From positions 45,913 to 109,912 of the forward strand of contig CADBIU010000001.1 in NCBI GenBank assembly GCA_902794825.1: 64,000 nt of DNA, read 5' to 3'. Position numbers and translations under genes: made by a program. This DNA is from an uncultured Lachnospiraceae bacterium (GTDB taxonomy: Bacteria > Bacillota > Clostridia > Lachnospirales > Lachnospiraceae). The notes beneath the pieces are model-generated. The model had not been told where the DNA came from and searched no databases. It worked only from the letters and a program-made list of their open reading frames with translations. How positions within the stretch are numbered: the stretch's first letter is position 1; each line of letters starts with the position of its first letter. This document shows positions 29,981 through 39,079 of this stretch, in pieces.

Positions 29981-30487
29981 TCAACGGTTTCTACCGTGGC
30001 ACTTCTTGTATTTTTTGCCGGATCCGCAGGGACAGGGATCGTTGGGATAGATCTTGGCGGGCTTTCTGACAGTGCCGCTCTCCTTCTGCTCCTTGTACAG
30101 TTCCTTTCTCTTTTCCTCATCGAAAATGGGCTCCCACTCCTCAAGGTCATAGAGCCAGTCGGCGCCGGCTGCCACCATGTTCTTATAGAGCAGTTCCTTG
30201 TCAAATCCAAGGTTAACGACTGTATTTTCGTCCATCTCCTCGATAGGGTTGGCTTCCTTCAGGGAGTCGTTGATCCCGTCCAGAAATCCAGTCATTGTCA
30301 TGAGGTCCACATCAAATTTCCCGGCGAGTTCACTTACTGTACCTTTGACCACTTCGTCGGGATTTTTGAGGATCTCGGCGTAGATGGACTTTTCTTTGGC
30401 AAAATAGTCCGCCCACAGTCTCTGAAGATCACCCTTATTAGCTTTCTCATTGTAAGCTTTATCTCTCCACTGTTGTAAAATACCCAT
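29981..30487 (-). CDS. SEC-C metal-binding domain protein
   Basis: C-terminal PNDPCPCGSGKKYKKCHG. Confidence 0.9.
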   Translation of the reverse strand: MGILQQWRDKAYNEKANKGDLQRLWADYFAKEKSIYAEILKNPDEVVKGTVSELAGKFDVDLMTMTGFLDGINDSLKEANPIEEMDENTVVNLGFDKELLYKNMVAAGADWLYDLEEWEPIFDEEKRKELYKEQKESGTVRKPAKIYPNDPCPCGSGKKYKKCHGRNR

Positions 30488-30509
30488 TTGAATACCACCT
30501 TTCTTAGTA

Positions 30510-31418
30510 TTAGTCTTTCAGCAATGTATTTGTTTCAATGACTCCCTCGAACACTGTTCTGGCAGGTCCGGTCATCCAGACATTGTTGCTTTTTTTATCC
30601 CATTCGATCTCAAGGCTTCCACCCAGAACATCCACAGTGATGCGCTCGCCTGTCTTCCCGTTAAGTACACAGGCCACTCCCGTCGCGCAGCATCCGGTTC
30701 CGCAGGCCAGAGTCTCTCCCGATCCTCTCTCCCACACTCTCATCCTGACATGGCCTTCGTCAATGACCTGGACAAACTCAGTATTGATCCTGTTCGGGAA
30801 ACGTCTGTGGTTTTCATACAAAGGTCCGATCTCAGTCAGCGGCAGGTCCTCTGTATTGTCCACAAACAGAACGGCGTGGGGATTTCCCATTGATACGCAG
30901 GTGACTCTTTTGACCTCTTCTCCGATCTCAAGGGGCGCGTCGACAACTGCGCAGCTGATCCTGCTTCCGTCATCCAGTGTCAGGGGACTTCCCTCTTCCT
31001 CTGAATAGAGCACCGGAATCTCTGCTGCTTCCAGAATAGCCGGTCCCATGTTGACTCTGACGCGTTTTACAAATCCGTCTTCCGGATAGAGAGTGAGATA
31101 CTTGATCTTTTTAAAGCTCTCAACGGTGATCTGCGTCTTATTTGTCAGTCCGTAGTCATAAACAAATTTTCCTACGCAGCGGATCCCGTTTCCGCACATT
31201 TCTCCGCGGCTGCCGTCGGCGTTGTACATTTCCATCTCGAAGTCGGCGATCTGAGAATCGTTAATAAAGATCACGCCGTCTCCGCCGATGCCGAAATGCC
31301 TGTCGCTCAGTTTCCTGACGAGTTCAGGCTTAATGTCCTGCGGTATTCTTTGGGAAATGCCTTCTATGTAGACATAATCGTTGCCGCAGCCTTCCATTTT
31401 CGTAAAATTGATGATCAT
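30510..31418 (-). CDS. dapF: Diaminopimelate epimerase
   Basis: FTKMEGCGND, EMCGNGIRC, SMGNPH, ERGSGETLACGTG. Confidence 0.96.
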   Translation of the reverse strand: MIINFTKMEGCGNDYVYIEGISQRIPQDIKPELVRKLSDRHFGIGGDGVIFINDSQIADFEMEMYNADGSRGEMCGNGIRCVGKFVYDYGLTNKTQITVESFKKIKYLTLYPEDGFVKRVRVNMGPAILEAAEIPVLYSEEEGSPLTLDDGSRISCAVVDAPLEIGEEVKRVTCVSMGNPHAVLFVDNTEDLPLTEIGPLYENHRRFPNRINTEFVQVIDEGHVRMRVWERGSGETLACGTGCCATGVACVLNGKTGERITVDVLGGSLEIEWDKKSNNVWMTGPARTVFEGVIETNTLLKD

Positions 31419-31452
31419 AAGAACCTCTTTATATTCATACTGCGCTGACAAT

Positions 31453-32304
31453 TCACTCTCTCATGAAATGCGGAAGCTTTTTACCGTTTTCACGCACAAC
31501 ACACAGGATCCTCTCGCTCTCTTCCGACACAGGTCCCATAGTGTCGCTGTCCATATCCGCGATCCAGGTCAGCCCTGCTTTATTCGCGAAACTCTTCATC
31601 TCCTCGAGCGTATATCCCCGCTGGCGATGGATCTCCTGATATTTTCTGAAGAGATTTTCGTCTTCCGGTCCCTTATCCCTTATAAAAAGAGAAAGGTCAT
31701 ATTCATTGACGCGGGACTTATCGTCGAACCAGTTCTCCCAGATGAAGGAGCAGTCCTCTCTGTCCTCCGCGATCGTGCTGTCGCCGATCACATCCCTGTA
31801 CAGATGAAGGGTCTTGAAATCGAAAACGAAGATCCCTCTTGGGAAGAGAAAAGTATTGACTCTCTTAAAGAGTCTGACCATATCCTCATCCGCGAGCAGG
31901 TAGTTGACGCTGTCACCCACACTCACAAAGGTCCCGGCCGTTCCGTAAAGTTCAAACTCCCTCATGTCCTGGCACAGATAGAGCGTTCTGTGTCTTAGTC
32001 TGTCCCTTCTTTCAAGAGCTATTCCGAGCATCTCTTCAGACAGATCGATCCCCATGACGTCATATCCCCTGTCCGCCAGGATCTCAGTGAGTTTTCCCGT
32101 ACCGCAGCCGAGATCCACCACCAGGTTCTTCTCAGCCGCCAGCAGCACATCCTGGGCCTCGCTGGCGCCTGTTCTCTTCTGAGTCGGCTTAGACACGCCG
32201 AATCTGGTGATCATATCCTGAATCCGGTCGGCTGTCAGCTGATAATCCGTCCCGTCCATAAATTCGTCGTAGACGGAAGCAAAACTTCTATAGCTTTCGT
32301 ACAT
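31453..32304 (-). CDS. Class I SAM-dependent methyltransferase
   Basis: FASVYD, VDLGCGTG, GIDLSEEML, QDMREF, DSVNY. Confidence 0.9.
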   Translation of the reverse strand: MYESYRSFASVYDEFMDGTDYQLTADRIQDMITRFGVSKPTQKRTGASEAQDVLLAAEKNLVVDLGCGTGKLTEILADRGYDVMGIDLSEEMLGIALERRDRLRHRTLYLCQDMREFELYGTAGTFVSVGDSVNYLLADEDMVRLFKRVNTFLFPRGIFVFDFKTLHLYRDVIGDSTIAEDREDCSFIWENWFDDKSRVNEYDLSLFIRDKGPEDENLFRKYQEIHRQRGYTLEEMKSFANKAGLTWIADMDSDTMGPVSEESERILCVVRENGKKLPHFMRE

Positions 32305-32369
32305 TTTACTTTTGACCTTCCAACTCTTATATCCGGTACAAAACCGCCTGTCCGGGATCCCCTGATCTG

Positions 32370-32867
32370 TCAGACGATCCGCGCGAGAAGGCCGTAGGAA
32401 ACAATAGACATGATCACAGTTGCGATCAGTATTCCCAGAATTTCAGCCACAAGCGCCTTCTTGAAATCGACGTCCAAAAGCGCCGCGATGAGGGACCCTG
32501 TCCATCCTCCCGTACCCGGAAGCGGGATCCCTACAAAGAGCATGAGTCCCAGGAACTCTCCATTTTCGAGGGCGTCGCTCTTGTTCATGGCTCTGTTTTC
32601 CAGTTTCGACACAACTTTCCCGGTAGGTCCGAATTTACTGAGCCATTTGAAGATCCTCTTGATAAAGAGAAGTATAAACGGGATCGGCAGGAAGTTTCCG
32701 ATCACGCAGATCGGGATCGCTTCAACGATATCGACTCCGAGAAGGGACGCGACTATGAGGCCGCCCCTGCATTCCAGGATAGGCATCAGGGAAACGATAA
32801 ATACAACTGCTTTTGCCGAAATGTACTGACCCAGGTGTGCTGCAAACCAGGCTGCTAAACTCTCCAT
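32370..32867 (-). CDS. Small multidrug export family membrane protein
   Basis: SLMPILECRGG, FVGIPLPGTGGWTG. Confidence 0.85.
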   Translation of the reverse strand: MESLAAWFAAHLGQYISAKAVVFIVSLMPILECRGGLIVASLLGVDIVEAIPICVIGNFLPIPFILLFIKRIFKWLSKFGPTGKVVSKLENRAMNKSDALENGEFLGLMLFVGIPLPGTGGWTGSLIAALLDVDFKKALVAEILGILIATVIMSIVSYGLLARIV

Positions 32868-32903
32868 AATTAATATTTACCTTAATTCCTTTATATGATC
32901 CGT

Positions 32904-33983
32904 TCACCCGCGCCCGGTGATCTCACGCAGTGCAGAAACCACTGCGTCCATCTGCTCGTCCGTGCCGATGGTAATTCTCAGATATTCTTTGATGGCGGGT
33001 GAATTCCAATGACGAACAACGATATTCTTCTTTCTCAGTTCCGTGAACAGAAAGTCTCCGGAGAAATCGGGATGGCTCGCAAACACAAAGTTTGCCTTGG
33101 AATCCGGAAAGACAAATCCCATTTTTCTGAGTTCTTCCTTGAAACGCTCCCTGGTCTTCACTATTTTGCCGGTAGTCAGTTCAAAATATCCCCGGTCTTC
33201 CACCGCGGCTTTTCCCAGCATGATAGAAGGAAGGTTCATTGTATAAGAGTTGAAGGAGAACTTGATATCCTTAAGATATCCGATCAGCTTCTCGCTTCCC
33301 ATCGCGAATCCGATCCTGAGTCCTGCCATAGCGCGGGACTTGGAGAAAGTCTGGACGATCAGCAGATTGTCATATTTCTCTGTCAGGGGCAGCGCGCTGG
33401 TTCCCCCGAAATCTATGTAAGCTTCGTCCACAATGACGACGCTGTCAGGATTGGCTTTCACAATCCTTTCTATTGTGGCCATGGATTCCTCCACGCCGGT
33501 GGGCGCGTTGGGGTTGGGGAAAATGATCCCGCCGTTCTTAACTCCCGTCAGACGCGGCATAAACTCGTAAGGGTCGATGCGCATCTCCTCAGTGAGAGGG
33601 ATAGGCTTATACGGAATCCTGTAGAGGTCTGCCCAGACGGGATAAAAACTGTAGGTTATGGCCGGAAACAGGATCGGATCACCGCTTCCGAAAAACGTCA
33701 GAAAACACAGTGCCAGGACATCGTCGGAGCCTACACCCACAAAGATCCTGCTGCTGTCGACGCCGTAGAAAGCGGACAGCGCGTCCGTAAGCTCAGTGGC
33801 GTTCATGTCCGGATACAGTCGAAGGTCATCCGTTCGAATTAAGAGATCCTCCATGGCTTTCCTGACGCCGGGCGCCGGCGGATAGGGGCATTCATTAGTG
33901 TTGAGTTTGATTATGTTCTTCTCTTTGGGCTGCTCGCCTGCCGTATAGGGCACAGTCCTTCTGACTTTACTCTCCCAGGACAT
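32904..33983 (-). CDS. hisC: Histidinol-phosphate aminotransferase
   Basis: KLNTNE, GSDD, NPNAPTG, DEAY, TFSKSRAMAGLRIG, RITIG. Confidence 0.93.
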   Translation of the reverse strand: MSWESKVRRTVPYTAGEQPKEKNIIKLNTNECPYPPAPGVRKAMEDLLIRTDDLRLYPDMNATELTDALSAFYGVDSSRIFVGVGSDDVLALCFLTFFGSGDPILFPAITYSFYPVWADLYRIPYKPIPLTEEMRIDPYEFMPRLTGVKNGGIIFPNPNAPTGVEESMATIERIVKANPDSVVIVDEAYIDFGGTSALPLTEKYDNLLIVQTFSKSRAMAGLRIGFAMGSEKLIGYLKDIKFSFNSYTMNLPSIMLGKAAVEDRGYFELTTGKIVKTRERFKEELRKMGFVFPDSKANFVFASHPDFSGDFLFTELRKKNIVVRHWNSPAIKEYLRITIGTDEQMDAVVSALREITGRG

Positions 33984-34090
33984 GGTATTCCTCCTTTGTT
34001 CCCACAAATATCCCCACGGTATTTTACCCTACTTCAAATTGGATGACAACAAATAAAACGTCCGGGCGTCAAAATATATTATTCGTCAGT

Positions 34091-35455
34091 TCAGACCATC
34101 TGCTCCGGATGAAATACCTCGTCGAATTTCTCCGATGTGAGGAATCCGAGTTTTACGCAGGCCTCTTTGAGAGAAATATTCTCTTTATAAGCCAGTTTGG
34201 CTGTTTTCGCCGCGTTCTCATATCCTATATAGGGATTGAGGGCCGTCACGAGCATCAGCGAATTGTGGAGATTATGGCTCATCTTCTCTCTGTTAGCTGT
34301 GATCCCGCACACGCAGTTTGTACGGAAAGAATTCAGTGCGTCCGAAAGAAGCCGTACTGACTGCAGATAATTATAAATGATGACCGGCATGAACACATTG
34401 AGCTGGAAATTTCCCTGTGACGCCGCGATCCCAATTGCTGCGTCATTTCCCATGACCTGCACGGCGACCATTGTCACGGCTTCGCACTGCGTGGGATTGA
34501 CTTTGCCGGGCATGATAGAACTTCCGGGTTCGTTCTCCGGAATAAAGATCTCTCCGATGCCGCAGCGCGGGCCGCTTGCCAGCCATCTCACGTCGTTCGC
34601 TATTTTCATTATATCGGCGGCAAGCGCCTTGAGAGCTCCGTGTGAGAATACTACAGCGTCTTTAGAGGACAAAGCGTGGAATTTGTTGTCTTCAGTTATG
34701 AAATCAAATCCGGTGAGTTCAGATACAGCCGCGGCAGCTTCCTTCGCAAATCCCTCAGGCGCGTTGAGGCCTGTGCCGACTGCGGTTCCTCCAAGGGCCA
34801 GTTCCTTCAGCCCCTTCTCAGAATCCCGGATCATTTCCCGGCACTTCTCGAGCATTGCCCTCCAGCCGCTGATCTCCTGAGAGAAAGCGATCGGTACTGC
34901 GTCCTGTAAATGCGTGCGTCCGCTCTTGACAATCCCTTCGTTCTCCTTCTCCAGCCTCTTCATCTCAACGATCATCGCGTCCAGGGCAGGAATGAGCTGA
35001 TGCTCCAGAGCTGTCACAGCCGCGATGTGCATTGCAGTGGGAAATGTGTCATTAGAACTCTGAGACATATTTACTGTATCATTGGGATGCAGGAGTTTCG
35101 CGCCGGCAATAGCGTTTCCTCTGTTGGCGATGACTTCGTTGACATTCATGTTGGACTGCGTGCCGCTGCCTGTCTGCCAGACTGCAAGGGGGAACTCCCC
35201 GCTGAGTTTCCCTTCGATTATTTCAGTACATACTTGCGCGATCAGGGCGCATCTCTTCTCGTCCAGTTTCCCGAGCCTGCAGTTGGCCATAGCCGCTGCT
35301 CTTTTGAGCACCGCGAATGCGCGGATGATCTCCACCGGCATTTTTTCCGTTCCGATGCGGAAATTCTGATAGCTTCTCTGTGTCTGGGCTCCCCAATAGC
35401 AATTTGCCGGCACCTTCATCTCGCCCATTGAGTCGTGTTCGATCCTGTATTCCAT
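34091..35455 (-). CDS. fumC: Class II fumarate hydratase
   Basis: WGAQTQRS, WQTGSGTQSNMN, SQSSNDTFPT, GRTHLQDA, GSSIMPGKVNPTQCE; ATG 35455 after GGAGG. Confidence 0.94.
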   Translation of the reverse strand: MEYRIEHDSMGEMKVPANCYWGAQTQRSYQNFRIGTEKMPVEIIRAFAVLKRAAAMANCRLGKLDEKRCALIAQVCTEIIEGKLSGEFPLAVWQTGSGTQSNMNVNEVIANRGNAIAGAKLLHPNDTVNMSQSSNDTFPTAMHIAAVTALEHQLIPALDAMIVEMKRLEKENEGIVKSGRTHLQDAVPIAFSQEISGWRAMLEKCREMIRDSEKGLKELALGGTAVGTGLNAPEGFAKEAAAAVSELTGFDFITEDNKFHALSSKDAVVFSHGALKALAADIMKIANDVRWLASGPRCGIGEIFIPENEPGSSIMPGKVNPTQCEAVTMVAVQVMGNDAAIGIAASQGNFQLNVFMPVIIYNYLQSVRLLSDALNSFRTNCVCGITANREKMSHNLHNSLMLVTALNPYIGYENAAKTAKLAYKENISLKEACVKLGFLTSEKFDEVFHPEQMV

Positions 35456-35490
35456 TTTAAGTCCTCCGCTTTGTTTTATACGTTCATCTT

Positions 35491-36630
35491 CTATTGTCCG
35501 CGGACCTTGAATCCCGTAAAATCTCCTCTGCTGTACACTACCCTGCATCCGGCTTTGCGGACTCTGAACTCAATGCACCTTCCGCAGGCGGACGCCTCGT
35601 CCTCAGTACATATTTTGCCGTCATACAGCAAATACTTCTTTCTGACGTCTCCCGGAGAGAGATTGGGCATGATAACATTCGCGCCTGCAAGAAAACCGAG
35701 TTCTCTTCCGGCCGGATGAATGGTTCCCAGCGCTGTGGTGGCAGGGAGCAGCACATCAGGCATCATCAGCCTGATCACCGCGAGAAGATGCAGGGTATCA
35801 TACAGACTTCCCGCCTTCTCTCCCGCGAAAGGCGTGTCCTTGTGGGGGATAAAAGGCCCGATCCCGACCATATGGGGCCTGAACTCCTTCATATATCGAA
35901 GATCCTGCATTACATGATCCCTGGTCTGTCCGGGGGATCCCACCATGATGCCGCAGCCCACCTGATAGCCGATCTCTTTTAGATCGGAAAGGCACCTCTT
36001 TCTGTTATCAATGCTCAGTTCCCGCGGATGAAGATATCGGTAGTGCAAGGGATCTGATGTCTCCTGCCTGAGAAGGTAGCGGTCCGCGCCGGCATCATAA
36101 TAGGCCTTATAGGAGTCTCTGCTCTTCTCTCCGATGGACAAAGTCACGGCACAGTCGGGATATCGCTCTTTAATAGCCGCAACGATCCCGCATATCATAT
36201 CATCCGTGAAATACAGATCCTCGCCGCCTTGAAGCACAAAAGTCCGAAAGCCCAGGGAATATCCCTGTTCACAGCACAGAAGGATCTGTTCCTTGCCGAG
36301 CCTGTAGCGCTGTACATTCCGGTTGCTTCTTCGGATCCCGCAGTATTTGCAGTCGTTTCTGCAGTAGTTCGTAAACTCGATCAGTCCCCTGAGATAGACG
36401 TCTCTGCCGTAATATTTCTCTCTCGCTCTTCGCGCGGCGGCGTAAAGGATCGCCTCTTCCTGTGTGCACCTGGCTGCCGGGATCTCTTCCCGGATCTGAA
36501 CGCGCCTGTCCGCGTCTTCACCGCATGAATCTGCCAAAATATCGAAAAACTCACTGAATTCACTGTCCGTGAGTGTCTGTTCTTTTTCCAGGAGCCCGAC
36601 AAGCTCCTCCATTCTCGAAAGATTATTCAT
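35491..36630 (-). CDS. hydE: [FeFe]-hydrogenase H-cluster radical SAM maturase HydE-like
   Basis: RGLIEFTNYCRNDCKYCG (CxxxCxxC), YLLRQET, GIGPFIPHKDTP, GANVIMPN, YLLYDGK. Confidence 0.9.
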   Translation of the reverse strand: MNNLSRMEELVGLLEKEQTLTDSEFSEFFDILADSCGEDADRRVQIREEIPAARCTQEEAILYAAARRAREKYYGRDVYLRGLIEFTNYCRNDCKYCGIRRSNRNVQRYRLGKEQILLCCEQGYSLGFRTFVLQGGEDLYFTDDMICGIVAAIKERYPDCAVTLSIGEKSRDSYKAYYDAGADRYLLRQETSDPLHYRYLHPRELSIDNRKRCLSDLKEIGYQVGCGIMVGSPGQTRDHVMQDLRYMKEFRPHMVGIGPFIPHKDTPFAGEKAGSLYDTLHLLAVIRLMMPDVLLPATTALGTIHPAGRELGFLAGANVIMPNLSPGDVRKKYLLYDGKICTEDEASACGRCIEFRVRKAGCRVVYSRGDFTGFKVRGQ

Positions 36631-37855
36631 CGCGCACTATTTCCGTACTTCTGTCAAGGATACCTCTCATATAGGCGATCGCGGTGCCGTAATTGGTGAA
36701 GGGAATACCCTGGTCCGCGGCGCATTTCATGCGCCAGCGCACTTCCCTGTCATTAAGCATACATGCGCCGCAGTGTATGATCAGCGCGTATTTGCTCAGG
36801 TCCTCGGGAAAACCGGTGCCTGAAGATGTCTCAAAGCGGATATCTGCCCCGGTCTTCTTCCTGATCCAGGCGGGGATTTTCTCCGTCCCTATGTCGCCGC
36901 ACTGTCTGTGATGCGTACATCCCTCGGAGATCAGGATCACATCCCCGTCCCTCAGATCATCTATCTTCCTCACTCCCGCCAGGGCAGAATCAAGAAATCC
37001 TTTATATCGTGCCATGAGGATTGAAAAGGATGTAAGGGGAATGTCGGCCGGCACTGTTTTGGCGACCTCCCCGAAAACCTGGCTGTCGGTGATGACAAGT
37101 CCGGGCTTTGTCTGAGCGCCGCCGCGCTCCAGCTTATTCAGAAGTTCAGAAAGCCGGTCCTGCTTGACACAGACGGGAATACCGTCCGCATCAAGGATAC
37201 CCCGGATCATCATCTGCTGAGGCAGGATCAGTCTCCCTTTCGGAGCTGCTTTATCGATAGGGATCACAAGGATGACCACCTCGGAGGGCTCGATCAGGTC
37301 CCCGATCAGCGGTCTTTCCACGACGCTCTCTCTGCCAAGGGCGGCAATCCTCTCCTTGAGCTCATTGATGCCTTCGCCGGTCAGGGCGCTGACATACAGG
37401 ATCTGTGTATTTTCGATTCCCGGAATGAGTTTCTTAGTTTCGACAGTATCTTTATTGTCTAAAAGGTCGGATTTATTGCAGACAACGATATAGGGAATTT
37501 CTTTCTCCTCAAAGAGAGATATAAGCTCCCTGTCCGCTTCTGCCGCGCCGGTCTGAGCATCGATCACGAGCACCGCGAGATCAGCGCGGTTCATTACCCG
37601 TCTGGCCCGCTGCACTCTTTTCTCACCGAGCGCCCCTTCATCGTCAAATCCGGGCGTATCTATGATCACCACGGGCCCGAGGGGCAGAAGTTCCATAGAT
37701 TTGATGACCGGGTCAGTCGTCGTGCCCCTGACGTCGGAGACCACGGAGATCTCCTGATTGGTCACGGCGTTCACAATACTGGACTTACCGGCATTTCTCC
37801 TGCCGAAAAAGCCTATATGAACTCTCTCGCCTGAAGGCGTACTGTTAAGGCTCAT
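36623..37855 (-). CDS. hydF: [FeFe]-hydrogenase maturation GTPase HydF
   Basis: GRRNAGKSS, DTPG, NKSD, APKGRLILPQ, EGCTHH...HCGACM Fe-S motif. Confidence 0.95.
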   Translation of the reverse strand: MSLNSTPSGERVHIGFFGRRNAGKSSIVNAVTNQEISVVSDVRGTTTDPVIKSMELLPLGPVVIIDTPGFDDEGALGEKRVQRARRVMNRADLAVLVIDAQTGAAEADRELISLFEEKEIPYIVVCNKSDLLDNKDTVETKKLIPGIENTQILYVSALTGEGINELKERIAALGRESVVERPLIGDLIEPSEVVILVIPIDKAAPKGRLILPQQMMIRGILDADGIPVCVKQDRLSELLNKLERGGAQTKPGLVITDSQVFGEVAKTVPADIPLTSFSILMARYKGFLDSALAGVRKIDDLRDGDVILISEGCTHHRQCGDIGTEKIPAWIRKKTGADIRFETSSGTGFPEDLSKYALIIHCGACMLNDREVRWRMKCAADQGIPFTNYGTAIAYMRGILDRSTEIVRDE

Positions 37856-39038
37856 CGATGTCTCCTTTCCCGCTGCATGAACTTACAAAAGGATCTTTAA
37901 AGCTGCTTCTGTAAATGCGTCCTGAGAAAGCCAGATGTGGTACAGGCTCCATCGCTGTCCCTTCCGGGATCACATAGCGGTAGAGCGGATCAGCGATCAC
38001 AAGGGTATCCTCCGCGCAGAGCTGATTCAGCGCTTCTTCAACTTCCTCTTCTCCCCGGCTGATCCTGTCTGCGGGCCTTATCAGTTTCCCGCTTTCCTCT
38101 GTCGCGGCGATCACGAGTGTGCTGAAACCCCTGTCTTCATAATCCTGCGCGATACTGCAGGACATTACCGGCTCGCCGATCACGATGACCTGAGGCTTTC
38201 CTTGAAGAGCCCGTTCGCAGGTCTCATAAGCTGCAGCGCAGGCTCCGCTCCCGGCTGCTTTCTCAAGGGCCCTTAACACCCGTCCGCGCATGCTTCCCAG
38301 CGGTGCGCCCGCCACCCATGGCGTGCCGAACTTTTTTCTCAGGAATTTTGCCGTGCGAAGGCCTGAAGCGGATATCACAAGATTGACCGATGATTCGCCG
38401 GCTTTTTTCAGTTTTTCAAGAGAGTCCCCCATGGCCCACACAGATGTGATCTCCCACCCGCCTTTTTCGAGTATCTCGCGAAGGGAAGAAACGCAGCCCT
38501 CTGCGGCATAGTCGAGAGGCGTCATTCCGAGGATATTGAGGCTTCTGTTTTTTGCTGAATATTTCCCGGTTACGGTATCATGGCTTCCTGACTCCCCGAA
38601 CAGTTCTTCTGCCAACTTCTCAAAGGCAAGCCCGGCTCCGCTTATATAGTCATGCATTCCGTTGGTGGGAATATAGAACGCCGGTATTTCCGTCCTTTGC
38701 TCGATGATCCTGCAGATCCCGGCGAAATCAGTCCCCGTAAGATAGGGGATCGGGGAATTGCAGAGCGCGATGAATCCGGGAGAGAACTCCCCCGCCGCTC
38801 TGACCACATCTTCGATGAGTTTGCTGTCGTTTCCCATAACCGCGTCCGGCTCGCACAGTCCCGATAAAAAGATCAGGCTGTCGCGGTCGTACCAGCGCGT
38901 CTCGTCATGTGTGTTGTATGTGGAATTGCATCCGGACGGATCGTGCATAACAACCATTCCGCCCAGTTCGTAGAGCGCCGAGCACACCCCCGACACATCC
39001 CCGGAGTAGACCGGCAGTATTCTGTATGCCTGTCGCAT
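37845..39038 (-). CDS. Nitrogenase component-1-like protein (divergent beta-type subunit)
   Basis: GDVSGVCSALYELGG, HDPSGC, NSPIPYLTGTDF, LNILG; paralogous to the C-terminal half of 46324..48885. Confidence 0.8.
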   Translation of the reverse strand: MRQAYRILPVYSGDVSGVCSALYELGGMVVMHDPSGCNSTYNTHDETRWYDRDSLIFLSGLCEPDAVMGNDSKLIEDVVRAAGEFSPGFIALCNSPIPYLTGTDFAGICRIIEQRTEIPAFYIPTNGMHDYISGAGLAFEKLAEELFGESGSHDTVTGKYSAKNRSLNILGMTPLDYAAEGCVSSLREILEKGGWEITSVWAMGDSLEKLKKAGESSVNLVISASGLRTAKFLRKKFGTPWVAGAPLGSMRGRVLRALEKAAGSGACAAAYETCERALQGKPQVIVIGEPVMSCSIAQDYEDRGFSTLVIAATEESGKLIRPADRISRGEEEVEEALNQLCAEDTLVIADPLYRYVIPEGTAMEPVPHLAFSGRIYRSSFKDPFVSSCSGKGDIDEP

Positions 39039-39079
39039 AGTGTCCTCCTGAAGGTCAAAATATCGTTATATTACCGGCA

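Noticed and set aside
34091-35455. Aspartate ammonia-lyase
   Set aside because: Signature residues are FumC-type (TGSGT, SSNDTFPT, NPTQCE)
35491-36630. Biotin synthase BioB or HydG
   Set aside because: YLLRQET, GIGPFIPH and YxLYDGK motifs plus hydF adjacency fit HydE; too short and lacks the HydG C-terminal cluster motif
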